Positions 9,996-19,518 of a stretch of 64,000 nt of DNA are shown here, piece after piece. Source of the stretch: an uncultured delta proteobacterium (GTDB taxonomy: Bacteria > Desulfobacterota > Desulfobaccia > Desulfobaccales > 0-14-0-80-60-11). Made by a program: the position numbers and the translations under genes. The DNA lies in the NCBI GenBank assembly GCA_963812015.1, contig CAWETI010000002.1, forward strand, positions 192,001 through 256,000. Direction: 5' to 3'. Positions within the stretch are counted from its first letter, which is position 1, and each line of letters starts with the position of its first letter. A model generated the notes under the pieces. It searched no databases. It was not told the origin of the DNA and was given only the letters and a program-made list of their open reading frames with translations.

Positions 9996-10139
9996 CTATT
10001 TGATGTCCTTCTCCTCGTCCCTGCCGGTGAGGTAAAGCCAGAAGCCGAGTACGCCAAGGACCATCGCACCCATCAGGTAATAGGCCGCGCCTTTGGTGTA
10101 GACCAGGAAAGTATGCAGCGTGAAAAAATGGTTTTCCAT
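9996..10139 (-). CDS. hmcD: HmcD, small membrane subunit (47 aa, below the ORF-track cutoff)
   Basis: Manual translation MENHFFTLHTFLVYTKGAAYYLMGAMVLGVLGFWLYLTGRDEEKDIK*; one TM helix; sits between hmcC and hmcE with RBS GGAAGGGA. Confidence 0.88.
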   Translation of the reverse strand: MENHFFTLHTFLVYTKGAAYYLMGAMVLGVLGFWLYLTGRDEEKDIK

Positions 10140-10150
10140 GGTTCCCTTCC

Positions 10151-11377
10151 TTAATGTCCGAAGGTTTGGGGGTGGTGTTTGAGCTTGTGTTCGTGCAACT
10201 CAGCGGGCTCGTGTTCCTTGAACTTGGGATGCTCGTAGAAGATGGGCATTTTCCTGGCGATGAAGGTGAAAATCGTCAGCCCCAGCGTGACGATATACAG
10301 GGAGATGGCGATCTCCATCCAGCTCGGGAAGTAGCGTTCGGCCGCCGGCAGTTGCCAGTTGAAGGCCACGAGGGAGACGTTGAAGCGGTTGAGCACAATA
10401 CCGAGTACGGTGAGCACCGCCGCCCCGCGGACCAGCTTGACGTTCTTCTCGCGCACGCCCATGGCGTAGATGAAACAGGGCAAGGCCACAAAGCCCAGGA
10501 GTTCGAGGAGGAACCAGGCCCCGTAGCCGGTAAAGAGGTAGTGCCAGTTGTTATCTATGGTAATCCCCACGACCTTGATCAGGAAATAGCCCGCCAGCAC
10601 CATGGCCGCGCCTTTGCCGAAGCCCAAGGTCACCTCGTCGTGCTCCCGCAGGTAGGTTTCGTCCATCTTATCGTGCAGGTACTTGTGTGAGAGCGTACCC
10701 TCGAAGATGACCATGGACAGGCCGGCGGCGATGCTCGAGACGAAGAAAAAGACCGGCAAATAGCTCGAGTACCAGAGGGGGTGAAGTTTGGAGGGCGCAA
10801 TGAGGTACAGGGCCCCCAGAGAACTCTGGTGCATGGTGGAGAGGATGACGCCTAAGATGGTCAAGGCCAGGGTCATTTTGAGGACGATGTTGCGTATCCT
10901 GGGGAGGCGCAGCCATTCTAAGGCGGCCGGGGTCCACTCGACGAAGAGCACGTGCAGGTAGATCATGACACACAAGCCCACTTCGAAGAGCACCGAGGTG
11001 GTGCCGGACTGCACCAAGAACGGATACGGCAGCCGCCAGGGACGGCCCACGTCGTAGAGCAGCGCGAAGACCACCAGGGAGTAGCCCAGGAAGGCGGTGA
11101 GGATCGCAGGCCTGACCGCAGAGTGGTAGCGCTTCAGTCCGAAGACATACACCGCCGTGGAGGTGGTGTAGCCGCCGGCGGCCAAAGCGACGCCGCACAG
11201 CAGGTCGAAGGAGATCCAGATGCCCCAAGGGTTATTGTCTGAGAGATTGGTGACCGCGCCGAGCCCCTTGGTGAAGCGCAGGGCCGTGATCACCGCGCCG
11301 GTCAAGATAATGACCCCGACTACGATGTTGAAGGGCGTCAGCCAGGATTGCTTGGCGCCGGGTTGTTCGATGGACAT
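10151..11377 (-). CDS. hmcC: HmcC, NrfD/HybB-type integral membrane subunit
   Basis: GLGAVTNLSDNNPWGIWI, DVGRPWR, HQSSLG and LHPLW motifs; His-rich C-terminal tail. Confidence 0.93.
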   Translation of the reverse strand: MSIEQPGAKQSWLTPFNIVVGVIILTGAVITALRFTKGLGAVTNLSDNNPWGIWISFDLLCGVALAAGGYTTSTAVYVFGLKRYHSAVRPAILTAFLGYSLVVFALLYDVGRPWRLPYPFLVQSGTTSVLFEVGLCVMIYLHVLFVEWTPAALEWLRLPRIRNIVLKMTLALTILGVILSTMHQSSLGALYLIAPSKLHPLWYSSYLPVFFFVSSIAAGLSMVIFEGTLSHKYLHDKMDETYLREHDEVTLGFGKGAAMVLAGYFLIKVVGITIDNNWHYLFTGYGAWFLLELLGFVALPCFIYAMGVREKNVKLVRGAAVLTVLGIVLNRFNVSLVAFNWQLPAAERYFPSWMEIAISLYIVTLGLTIFTFIARKMPIFYEHPKFKEHEPAELHEHKLKHHPQTFGH

Positions 11378-11378
11378 G

Positions 11379-12437
11379 TTATTCGCCCTCCTGGGTCTGA
11401 GCCTTGGCAGCCTCTTCCAGGGCCTTTTTGACTTCGCTCTCGATGGCGGCCTTTTTCTCGGACTCGGCTTTGGCCATGGCCCGGTGCAGCTTGGCGTCGG
11501 CCTTTTCCTGGGCCTTGGCCACGGCCTCGCTTACGGCCATCACCTTCTCTTCGTGGGCGATCTTGTCCTTGCGTTTGGACACGGCGTAGATGCCGACCAA
11601 AAGCACCGGCCAGAGACCAGCCACGATGGGCACGGCGCCCAGCGCCCCGGCAGTCAGCTCCGGCGCCGGCACGATGCCCAGGTCCTCCCGCAGGCCGATG
11701 GCCTTGAAGGGCACGCCTGAGACGTAGAGCCAGCTTGTCCCGCCCATCTCGTGTTCGCCGTAGATGTGGTTCAGGTAGCGCCCCGGGAAGGCGCGTATCC
11801 GCTCCCGGGCGATCATGATTAGATCCTCGCGTTTGCCGTAGACCAGGGCCTCGACGGGGCAGGCGCCAACGCAGCCCGGCACCGTCAACTTGCCCGTGGT
11901 GATCAGCGGCTGGCACATGGTGCACTTCATGATCCGGGGGGTCAGAGCCTCGTTGTACTCAAAAGTCGGGATATCGAAGGGGCAGGCGATCATGCAATAA
12001 CGGCAGCCCACGCAGGTTGAGGCGTCCCAAATTACCCCGCCTTGCGGCGTTTTCGTATAGGCATTCACGAAGCAGGACGAGGCGCAGGCCGGCTCCAGGC
12101 AGTGTTGGCACTGGTTCTTGCGAAAGACCGGGCCCGCGGCCCCCGGGATGCTGTCGTAGCGGTTGACTATGGTGTAGGTCTTGGCGTCGGTTCGCCGCTT
12201 CCCATCCAGGACGCTCAGATCATCGAAAGGCTTGGCCGGGGCCGGCAGGTCGTTGACCTTGTTGCAACCGGCTTCGCATCTGCGGCAGCCAATGCAACGG
12301 GTGGCGTCGAACAGCACGCCGAAGCTCCCGGGATACCCGGCGAACTGTTGGTGTCCAGCGGCGTGGGCCGACTTACCAAGAGCAGCACCCACTCCTGCGG
12401 CTCCGAGCAGGCCAAGAAACGTTCTTCGTAACATCAT
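11379..12437 (-). CDS. hmcB: HmcB, Tat-exported 4Fe-4S protein with C-terminal TM anchor
   Basis: RRTFLG twin-arginine signal; [24 protein letters not shown] and [12 protein letters not shown]. Confidence 0.93.
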   Translation of the reverse strand: MMLRRTFLGLLGAAGVGAALGKSAHAAGHQQFAGYPGSFGVLFDATRCIGCRRCEAGCNKVNDLPAPAKPFDDLSVLDGKRRTDAKTYTIVNRYDSIPGAAGPVFRKNQCQHCLEPACASSCFVNAYTKTPQGGVIWDASTCVGCRYCMIACPFDIPTFEYNEALTPRIMKCTMCQPLITTGKLTVPGCVGACPVEALVYGKREDLIMIARERIRAFPGRYLNHIYGEHEMGGTSWLYVSGVPFKAIGLREDLGIVPAPELTAGALGAVPIVAGLWPVLLVGIYAVSKRKDKIAHEEKVMAVSEAVAKAQEKADAKLHRAMAKAESEKKAAIESEVKKALEEAAKAQTQEGE

Positions 12438-12466
12438 ACACTCCTCTTCCTACAGCCCAAGGCCGG

Positions 12467-14134
12467 TTACTGCTGCTTTTCCTTGTGACACTCGATGCAC
12501 GCCGTGGCGGCAGGCTTCTCAACCTTCATGTCCTTGTGGCAGCTCATGCACTGCCCATGGAACGCCGCCAGCAACTCCGGACGGTTCGACTCCTTGGCGC
12601 CGAAGTGCTTGCCGTGGCAACTGCTGCAGTTGGGCGGCTGCTTGGCGGGCGGGCTGTTGTGGTGGCAGCCCTGGCAGATCGTGCCCGGATCGCGATGGAA
12701 GTACTCGGCGAGCGGATTGCCCTGCATGCCCTTCATGAGCGAGGTGACATGGGCGCGGTGATTCATCTCCACCGGCTCGTACTTGTCGGACAAGGTCTTA
12801 ATCACCACTTTGTCCGGAATGTCGCCTTCGGCATAAGCGCCCGGGTGCATTTTCCGGTTCTTCAGCATGACCTCGGCGATGCCGGACTTCTGTTGCGGGT
12901 TGGAAAGGAGGCTGGCGCGCAGCGCCTCGATGCCCTCGGGCAACTGCATGTGGCACTGCTTGCAGGTGGCGTCATCCGGCCGCTGGGACTTGTTCATCTG
13001 CTTATGGCAGCCGGCGCAGTTGGCGGCGGCCTGCTTGGCGGCATGGCAGCCGATGCAGCTCTGTTGGCTGGTCTTGAGGTGCATGGCCTGCTCGTAGGTC
13101 ACGAACTTGCCTTTCTTAGACCCGGCCAGGGTGTGGCACGTATCGCACGACTCGATCCCGGCGTGATGGCAGACCCGGCAGCTGTCGTTGTATTTCTCGT
13201 GGGCCTTGTGGTCGAAGGCCACCGGATTCATCAAGACGGGCTTCTCACCTTTGCTGATCTCGACCTTGGCATTGTAAGCGATCAGGGCCGCGTCCGGCTG
13301 GCCGCGCTGGAGGCGCGGGACTTCCTTATTGGGGAGCTTGGCCACCATCTCCTGGTTTTTCTTCGCCACTAGGGCCAGACCCTGGGCGCTGTGACAGCCG
13401 GCGCAGAGGTAAGGGCCGTTCTGCTTCACGCCCTTGTTGGCGAGATCGAGATGGCAAAGCACACACTGCTGGTGGGAGGCCTGCTCCAGGCTCATCACGC
13501 CATTTTGAGGCTTGGCCCCGTGGCAGGAGCGGCAAGAATCCTCTTTGCGCTTGGCATAAAAGGTTTTCTTGGTCTGTTTATCGTAGTCATGGTGGCAGCT
13601 GCCGCAGTTGCCCTGGCCGGCAGGGTCCGAGGCGATGTCCTTAGAGTCCACGTGCCTGAAGTGCAGGACCTTGTCCAGCCCCAGGTCCACTTTGGCAGAG
13701 ACGACCTGCGGCTTGGCATCGTGGCAGGAGCGGCAGAAACCGTCCTGCGGGCCGGTCTTTTTGCCCGCCGCGGCCATCTCGTCGTGGCAGCCGATGCAGC
13801 TCGCATGGTAGATGTCTTTGATCTCCGCCGGCTTCGTCGTCTTCTGGCGCTTATAGGCCAGGGACAGCTTATGGTTCTCAACGAAGTGGCAGGTCTCACA
13901 GTTCTTTTTCTCCTTGAGCAGCACATCGGTGTGCTTGTCATGGAAGAACGTGACCGCCGGCAACTCAAGCTCACCAAACGCGGCCAGGGTATTGATCTTG
14001 ATGAGGTCCGGCCGCTTCGACTCGGGGGCCTTCGCCGACTCCGTTTCACTCTGGGCCTCGATGCAGAGGAATGAGATCGAGGCACACGCCAACAGGATCC
14101 CAGCCCATCGAAGCAGTGGTCTTCCTTTCACCAT
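12467..14134 (-). CDS. hmcA: HmcA, 16-heme high-molecular-weight cytochrome c
   Basis: Signal peptide; I count 16 CxxCH motifs (CETCH through CIECH). Confidence 0.96.
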   Translation of the reverse strand: MVKGRPLLRWAGILLACASISFLCIEAQSETESAKAPESKRPDLIKINTLAAFGELELPAVTFFHDKHTDVLLKEKKNCETCHFVENHKLSLAYKRQKTTKPAEIKDIYHASCIGCHDEMAAAGKKTGPQDGFCRSCHDAKPQVVSAKVDLGLDKVLHFRHVDSKDIASDPAGQGNCGSCHHDYDKQTKKTFYAKRKEDSCRSCHGAKPQNGVMSLEQASHQQCVLCHLDLANKGVKQNGPYLCAGCHSAQGLALVAKKNQEMVAKLPNKEVPRLQRGQPDAALIAYNAKVEISKGEKPVLMNPVAFDHKAHEKYNDSCRVCHHAGIESCDTCHTLAGSKKGKFVTYEQAMHLKTSQQSCIGCHAAKQAAANCAGCHKQMNKSQRPDDATCKQCHMQLPEGIEALRASLLSNPQQKSGIAEVMLKNRKMHPGAYAEGDIPDKVVIKTLSDKYEPVEMNHRAHVTSLMKGMQGNPLAEYFHRDPGTICQGCHHNSPPAKQPPNCSSCHGKHFGAKESNRPELLAAFHGQCMSCHKDMKVEKPAATACIECHKEKQQ

Positions 14135-14162
14135 AACTCAATTCCTTAGCTGATTATGATAG

Positions 14163-14182
14163 CTGACAAGAAACTGACAAGA
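14163..14182. promoter_or_regulatory. Direct repeat with 11-bp period upstream of hmcA (candidate regulator box)
   Basis: CTGACAAGA-AA-CTGACAAGA. Confidence 0.45.
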
Positions 14183-14207
14183 TATCCCGTTCCGGGAAGT
14201 TTTGAGC

Positions 14208-14225
14208 ATGAGAAAATCATCACAA
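14208..14225. promoter_or_regulatory. Rex-like box 1 upstream of hmcA
   Basis: Minus strand TTGTGATGATTTTCTCAT matches TTGTGAA-N4-TTCACAA at 11 of 14 positions. Confidence 0.35.
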
Positions 14226-14490
14226 TACAAGTTTATGCCAATTTTTTGTACCTGTCCAAAAAAAATTGGCAGCGGGAGCCATTTTTTTTGCGTTATAGTG
14301 GGCTGGACTGCGCCTCGTGGGCCAGCGGGTCACTATCGCGAGTATTGCCTTTGGGCTTTATAGTGCACGCGGGTTCCTTACGTCAAGCAAAATCGGTTTT
14401 TAAGTTGATTTTTCAACGCATTGGCCCTTCGGTGTCGATTAAAAACATTAGTGCAAAATGTCGGCCTGAATGATGAGCGCTTCAGTGCAA

Positions 14491-14508
14491 AAGTGAATAT
14501 TTTCGCAA
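14491..14508. promoter_or_regulatory. Rex-like box 2 in the hmcA/kinase divergent region
   Basis: AAGTGAATATTTTCGCAA matches TTGTGAA-N4-TTCACAA at 11 of 14 positions. Confidence 0.35.
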
Positions 14509-14801
14509 GCGATATTTTACCATTAAAAAATATATATATAATAAAATAAGTTAATAGTTTTCCCCATGGATTTTTGCTCGTTAGCTGATAGAATGTAAAA
14601 AAATTCCCGGACCATCGCCGCGCCTGGTTTTGACCTTTCCTGATCCTTTGGGTATGAGACGCCGATATCTAAGGAACATTTGTGGCTGGGCCCCGCGCCT
14701 CGGCGCCCCGGGAAGGAAAAAATTTTACCAATCCCCCGATCGTGCCCGGCTCTGACTTTAATGGGGCCGACGCTTGCCTGAGCGAAGGATAGCTCACCGC
14801 C

Positions 14802-17534
14802 GTGGAAAAACATCACAGTTTCCTCAATACCCGGGCCATCATCGAGTATTTCGATGAACACTTGCCGGAAACGCTTCCTGCCTTATTAGAGGGGCTCGGC
14901 CCAGAAATCGCCGTGCTTCCCGACCCCCGGGAATTCCTCATGGAGATCAACAACTGGGTCTCCAGTGAGGTCATTATCAAAATGTTCGATAATGCCAGGC
15001 GCATTACCGGCCGGGAGGAAATCGCCTTCGACCTGGGCTTTCAGTCGGTGGCCCGGAAAAAATTGGGGTATGTCCAGCGGATTCTCTTGTTCGCCTTGAA
15101 GAATCCCCGGCGCAGCCTGAAACGGGCACAGTCCATCAATGACCAGTTCAATAAGAATAAAACCATTGAGATCGTCAAGACCACCCGGGACCGAGGGGTC
15201 ATCAGACTGCACTGGCTCCCGCACATTCCCGGGGTCATTGATTTCTGCCGGTTTAACCAGGGCATTTACTCCGGCATCCCCACGATCTGGAACATGCCGC
15301 AGGCTCAGGTGGTGGAAACCCGGTGTTTCTTCAAAGGGGATGAGTATTGCGAATATCACTTGAAATGGGAAAGAAAGTCTTTCTTCCGGGATTTCTGGCT
15401 GCGCCTGTTGGTGCCCTGGTCCTTGCTCAAGTCCACCATCGAGGAGCTGGAGCAGGACAAAGAGCTGCTGAAACATAAGTTTAACGAGATTCACACCCTG
15501 AACCTGCAATTGCGGGAGAAAATCGACCATCTCCTGTGCCTCCACCAAACCAGCACCGCGGCCATGTCACTATTCCATCTGGAAGATATGGTGCGGGCTT
15601 GCTTGGAACTCCTCATCCAATTTACCAAGCTGGACCGGGTGATTATCTTCCGCCTGGATGACAATGATCTGACGCTTTGTCTCCAGGAGGCCGTCGGCCT
15701 CGACCCCGAACTGGCGGATCGGGTGGGGGACTGCCGAATATCGTTGTTTGAGGCGGATCACCTCATTGCCCGGGCGGCGCGGGAAGGCAACCTGACGGTT
15801 TTCCCCCAAGGTCCCCTGGGAGAACCCGGCCAGTCGGACCCGTTGCTCACCGCCCTGCAATTCCCGGCCGGCGTGGTTGCCCCCCTCATGGTGCGCCAGA
15901 AAATTATCGGGGTGCTCCTGGCCGGGGTCCAGCCCGGAGGCACGATCAGCGACGCGGATCAGGCCTTCGTGGACAGCTTTGCCAACCAGTTGGCCATCGC
16001 CCTGGAGAACGCCGGGCTCTATGGCAGGTTGGAAAAGTCGGAACGCCAATACCGAGGCCTGGTGGAAAACGCCCATGAGGGCATTTGGATTGTGGAAGCC
16101 GACGGCATCATCAAGTTCGCCAATCGGCGGATGGAGGAAATCACCGGCGGGGTAAATTTGGCCGGCAAAAACCTGGCGGATTTCTGGGACCCGGAAAACT
16201 ACCGGATAGTGGAAACGGTTTTGGCTCAAAACCGGCAAGGCCAGGTGGTGCAAAGAGAATTGGAGATTATTTCCGGAGACCGCGGCCCGGTGGCGGTGAT
16301 TATGAGCTCCGTGCCCCTGATGGAAAATGGCCGATTCCTGGGCACGTTTGCCATGTTCAGCGACATCAGTGAACAGAAGACGATGGAAAAACAGCTCCAG
16401 CAGCATCAGAAAATGGAGGCCATCGGCACCCTGGCCGGCGGCATTGCCCATAATTTTAACAACCTCCTCATGAATATCATGGGCTTGACCGGATTGATCC
16501 TGGCCGGCACGGACCCCGACCACCCGGCTCTCGCCGACCTGAAGCTCATCGAGCAGGAAGTGGTGAAAGGCTCGGCCCTCACCAAGCAGTTGCTGACCCT
16601 GGGCCGGAGCGGCAGATTCGCCCCCAAGCCCACCGACCTCAACGCCTTCCTGGATAAGTCCGCCGGGCTGTTTTGCCGCACCCGGAGGGATATTACCATC
16701 ACCCGGGAGCTGGCTGCCGATCTGCCCCCCGTGGAAGTGGACCAGGGTCAGATGGAGCAGGTAATGCTCAATCTGTTCGTCAATGCCTGGCACGCCATGT
16801 CCCGGCAGGGAGAAATGACCCTGACGAGCCGGGCGGAGACCCTCTCCGAGACTTTTTGTGAACCCTACGGGCAGCCGCCGGGGCGCTATGTCCATCTCAG
16901 CCTGACTGATACCGGCAAGGGCATGGATGAGCCGACGTTGGCCCGGATTTTTGAACCCTTTTTCACCACCAAGGACGTGGGCCAGGGCACCGGATTGGGA
17001 CTGGCCACCGTGTATGCCATTATCAAGAATCACCACGGCATCATCAGGGTTGACAGTCAGCCGGGCCAGGGCGCCACGATCCACATCTTTCTGCCGGTGT
17101 CCGCCAACCCGGTGGTTTCCAAGCCAGTCCGGGATGAGGCATTCATCCCCGGGGCCGGGGCCATTCTCCTGGTGGATGACGAGGAGGGCGTCAGGATGGT
17201 GGCCGGAAGGATGCTGGAGCAACTGGGCTACCAACCCCTGTTGGCCCCCAGCGGGTCCCAGGCCCTGGAGATTTACCGCCAGGAAGGGCACCGCATCAAT
17301 CTGGTAATTCTGGATATGGTTATGCCCGGCATGGGCGGCGTCGAAACTTACCAGAAATTGAACGAGCTCGACCCAGGCGTCAAAGTCCTGCTATCCAGCG
17401 GCTACTGCCTGGATGGGGAGTCCCAACAGCTCATGGAGGCCGGGGCCCGGGGGTTCATCCAAAAGCCCTATCGCATCGCGGCCCTGTCTCACCAGGTAGC
17501 GGAAATCCTGGCCGGGTCTGCCTCGGCATCATAG
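14802..17534 (+). CDS. Cytoplasmic hybrid histidine kinase: V4R-like, GAF, PAS, HisKA, HATPase, REC
   Basis: FCRFNQG...ETRCFFKGDEYCEYHLKW (V4R-like), FANQLAIALENA (GAF), LAGGIAHNFNN, GTGLGL and ILDMVMPGM. Confidence 0.9.
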   Translation: MEKHHSFLNTRAIIEYFDEHLPETLPALLEGLGPEIAVLPDPREFLMEINNWVSSEVIIKMFDNARRITGREEIAFDLGFQSVARKKLGYVQRILLFALKNPRRSLKRAQSINDQFNKNKTIEIVKTTRDRGVIRLHWLPHIPGVIDFCRFNQGIYSGIPTIWNMPQAQVVETRCFFKGDEYCEYHLKWERKSFFRDFWLRLLVPWSLLKSTIEELEQDKELLKHKFNEIHTLNLQLREKIDHLLCLHQTSTAAMSLFHLEDMVRACLELLIQFTKLDRVIIFRLDDNDLTLCLQEAVGLDPELADRVGDCRISLFEADHLIARAAREGNLTVFPQGPLGEPGQSDPLLTALQFPAGVVAPLMVRQKIIGVLLAGVQPGGTISDADQAFVDSFANQLAIALENAGLYGRLEKSERQYRGLVENAHEGIWIVEADGIIKFANRRMEEITGGVNLAGKNLADFWDPENYRIVETVLAQNRQGQVVQRELEIISGDRGPVAVIMSSVPLMENGRFLGTFAMFSDISEQKTMEKQLQQHQKMEAIGTLAGGIAHNFNNLLMNIMGLTGLILAGTDPDHPALADLKLIEQEVVKGSALTKQLLTLGRSGRFAPKPTDLNAFLDKSAGLFCRTRRDITITRELAADLPPVEVDQGQMEQVMLNLFVNAWHAMSRQGEMTLTSRAETLSETFCEPYGQPPGRYVHLSLTDTGKGMDEPTLARIFEPFFTTKDVGQGTGLGLATVYAIIKNHHGIIRVDSQPGQGATIHIFLPVSANPVVSKPVRDEAFIPGAGAILLVDDEEGVRMVAGRMLEQLGYQPLLAPSGSQALEIYRQEGHRINLVILDMVMPGMGGVETYQKLNELDPGVKVLLSSGYCLDGESQQLMEAGARGFIQKPYRIAALSHQVAEILAGSASAS

Positions 17535-17629
17535 AATGCCTCGCCAAAAAAAGGGGCGGGGGAACCCCGGGAAAGTCCGAGGCCCAGAGATTAAAGACCC
17601 GCCGGGGACAGGGATTGGCAGGAGCGCGC

Positions 17630-17658
17630 TTGCAACTCCCTAAAATGGTGGTTAAATT
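17630..17658 (+). promoter_or_regulatory. Putative sigma70 promoter of usp
   Basis: TTGCAA-17 bp-TAAATT. Confidence 0.4.
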
Positions 17659-17695
17659 AAAAACCGGTAAATGACCGAAGGGAGATACACGCCTC

Positions 17696-18166
17696 ATGTT
17701 GCCTTTTAAAAGGATTCTTTGTCCCACTGACTTCAGTGAACCAGCTTTGACCGCCTTGCATCGCGCCCAGGAACTGGTCCGGCATTTTGGGGCGGAACTG
17801 CTGGTGGCGCATGTCATTCCGCCGATGCCCGGCCCGCATGCGTTCCCCGACCCCCAGATGGTCTCCACCTTCGACGTGCCCCTGTATCAGCAGGAGCTGG
17901 CTATTTATGCGGAAAAAATGCTCAAAGACCTGGTGTCCCATCAGGTGTCTCCGGAAGTGCGGAGCCGGGACCTGGTGACTACCGGGGAGGCAGCCCCGGA
18001 GATCCTGCGGATCGCCCATCAGGAGCACGTGGACCTCATCGTCATCGCCTCCCACGGGCTGACGGGCTGGCGGCGGCTGGTCTTTGGGTCCGTGGCCGAA
18101 AAAGTGGTGCGCCAGGCCCCTTGTCCGGTGCTGACCATCGTGGCGCCGCCGGAAGAGGGCAAGTAA
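17696..18166 (+). CDS. Universal stress protein
   Basis: ILCPTDFSE and DLIVIASHGLTGWRRLVFGSVAEKVVRQAPCPVL. Confidence 0.95.
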   Translation: MLPFKRILCPTDFSEPALTALHRAQELVRHFGAELLVAHVIPPMPGPHAFPDPQMVSTFDVPLYQQELAIYAEKMLKDLVSHQVSPEVRSRDLVTTGEAAPEILRIAHQEHVDLIVIASHGLTGWRRLVFGSVAEKVVRQAPCPVLTIVAPPEEGK

Positions 18167-18244
18167 GCCGGCAAATGGTCGGTTGCGAATCCTGAGGACA
18201 TGGGACATAATGGGCCATTATGAACTTTGTGGAGGAGGTTGGTT

Positions 18245-19240
18245 ATGACCAAGGTAGCGATTAACGGTATGGGACGGATTGGCCGGGCGGCTTTCAAAAT
18301 CGTCATGGACCAGCCCGAATTGGAGCTGGTGGCGGTCAACGATCTGATGGAGCTGGGAAACCTGGTCTACTTGCTGAATTATGACACGGTGTATGGAGTA
18401 TATAAGCATCGGGTGTCCGCCAATGGCGGCAACCTGGAGGTTGCTGGCAAGATCATAAAATTTTTGAGTGTCAAGGATCCGGCCCAACTGCCCTGGAAGG
18501 ACCTGGGGGTGGAGATCGCCCTGGAGTGCACCGGGCTGTTCACCCAGGCGGAGGGGCTGAGTAAGCATATTGCCGCCGGGGCCAAGTACGCCATGCTGTC
18601 GGCGCCGCCCAAAGGGCCGGAGGTCTGTTGCATCGTCCACGGCGTGACGAAGCCGGGGGCCGACGACCGGATGATCTCCTGCGCGTCCTGCACCACCAAC
18701 TGTATCACCCCGGTGGTGGAGATCATGGGACGGCGGATCGGCATCAAGAAAGCGGTCATGACCACTATCCACGCCTATACCTCCTCCCAGGCCATGGTGG
18801 ACGGCCCCAATAAGAAATGGCGGCGTGGCCGGGCCGGCGCGGCCAACCTGGTGCCCACCTCCACGGGCGCGGCGGTGGCCACCACCAACACTTTGCCCCA
18901 GTATAAGGGCAAATTCGACGGGGTCTCGGTGCGCTGTCCCGTGCCCTGCGGCTCCCTGGCGGATTTGGTGTTCGTGACCGAGCGGGCCACCACGGTGGAA
19001 GAAATTAACAAGATTTTTCAGGAAGAGTCAGAGGGGCGCTATAAGGGTATTTTAGAGTATGCCCAAGACCCCATTGTGTCGTCCGATATCATCATGAACC
19101 CCCATGCGTCCATTTTTGACCCCAGCATGACCCAGGTGGTGGACGGCGACCTGGTCAAGGTCTTTAGCTGGTACGACAACGAATGGGGTTATACCAATCA
19201 GATGGTCAGGGAGACCGTGCGGCTCGCCAAACAAGGGTAA
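18245..19240 (+). CDS. gap: Type I glyceraldehyde-3-phosphate dehydrogenase
   Basis: VAINGMGRIGR, ASCTTNC and WYDNEWGY; start reset to ATG 18245 after the GGAGG RBS. Confidence 0.95.
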   Translation: MTKVAINGMGRIGRAAFKIVMDQPELELVAVNDLMELGNLVYLLNYDTVYGVYKHRVSANGGNLEVAGKIIKFLSVKDPAQLPWKDLGVEIALECTGLFTQAEGLSKHIAAGAKYAMLSAPPKGPEVCCIVHGVTKPGADDRMISCASCTTNCITPVVEIMGRRIGIKKAVMTTIHAYTSSQAMVDGPNKKWRRGRAGAANLVPTSTGAAVATTNTLPQYKGKFDGVSVRCPVPCGSLADLVFVTERATTVEEINKIFQEESEGRYKGILEYAQDPIVSSDIIMNPHASIFDPSMTQVVDGDLVKVFSWYDNEWGYTNQMVRETVRLAKQG

Positions 19241-19518
19241 GCCGTGGCCGGGTTCTTTCCCTGGCCTTGCCATCGGCTCCCCCTCCCCCGGTGAGGCGGG
19301 GGTGGAGGGAGTCGAGTTACCGGGAACCCCTGGGGGTTGCCAACCCGTTTCCACTGCCCGCCTGGTCCAGGAGACCGGAACGGTTTCCCGGCCTGTGGCG
19401 ATGGGACCCGGAGCCTGCCTCGGGAGCGGGCCTCCAGGCCAACCCTCGTTACCCGTCGGAAGAGTCTCCATTGACTGAGCTTCCCTGACCCCAAACCCAT
19501 TATGGAAGGAGGGGGTTT

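Noticed and set aside
14226..14242. Possible sigma-54 promoter for hmcA (TTGGCATAAACTTGTA)
   Set aside because: GG-to-(G)T spacing is 9 rather than 10, and the -12 GC is absent.
19241..19500. GC-rich structured gap after gap, considered as a riboswitch or tRNA
   Set aside because: Hairpins are present, but there is no recognisable aptamer or cloverleaf consensus.
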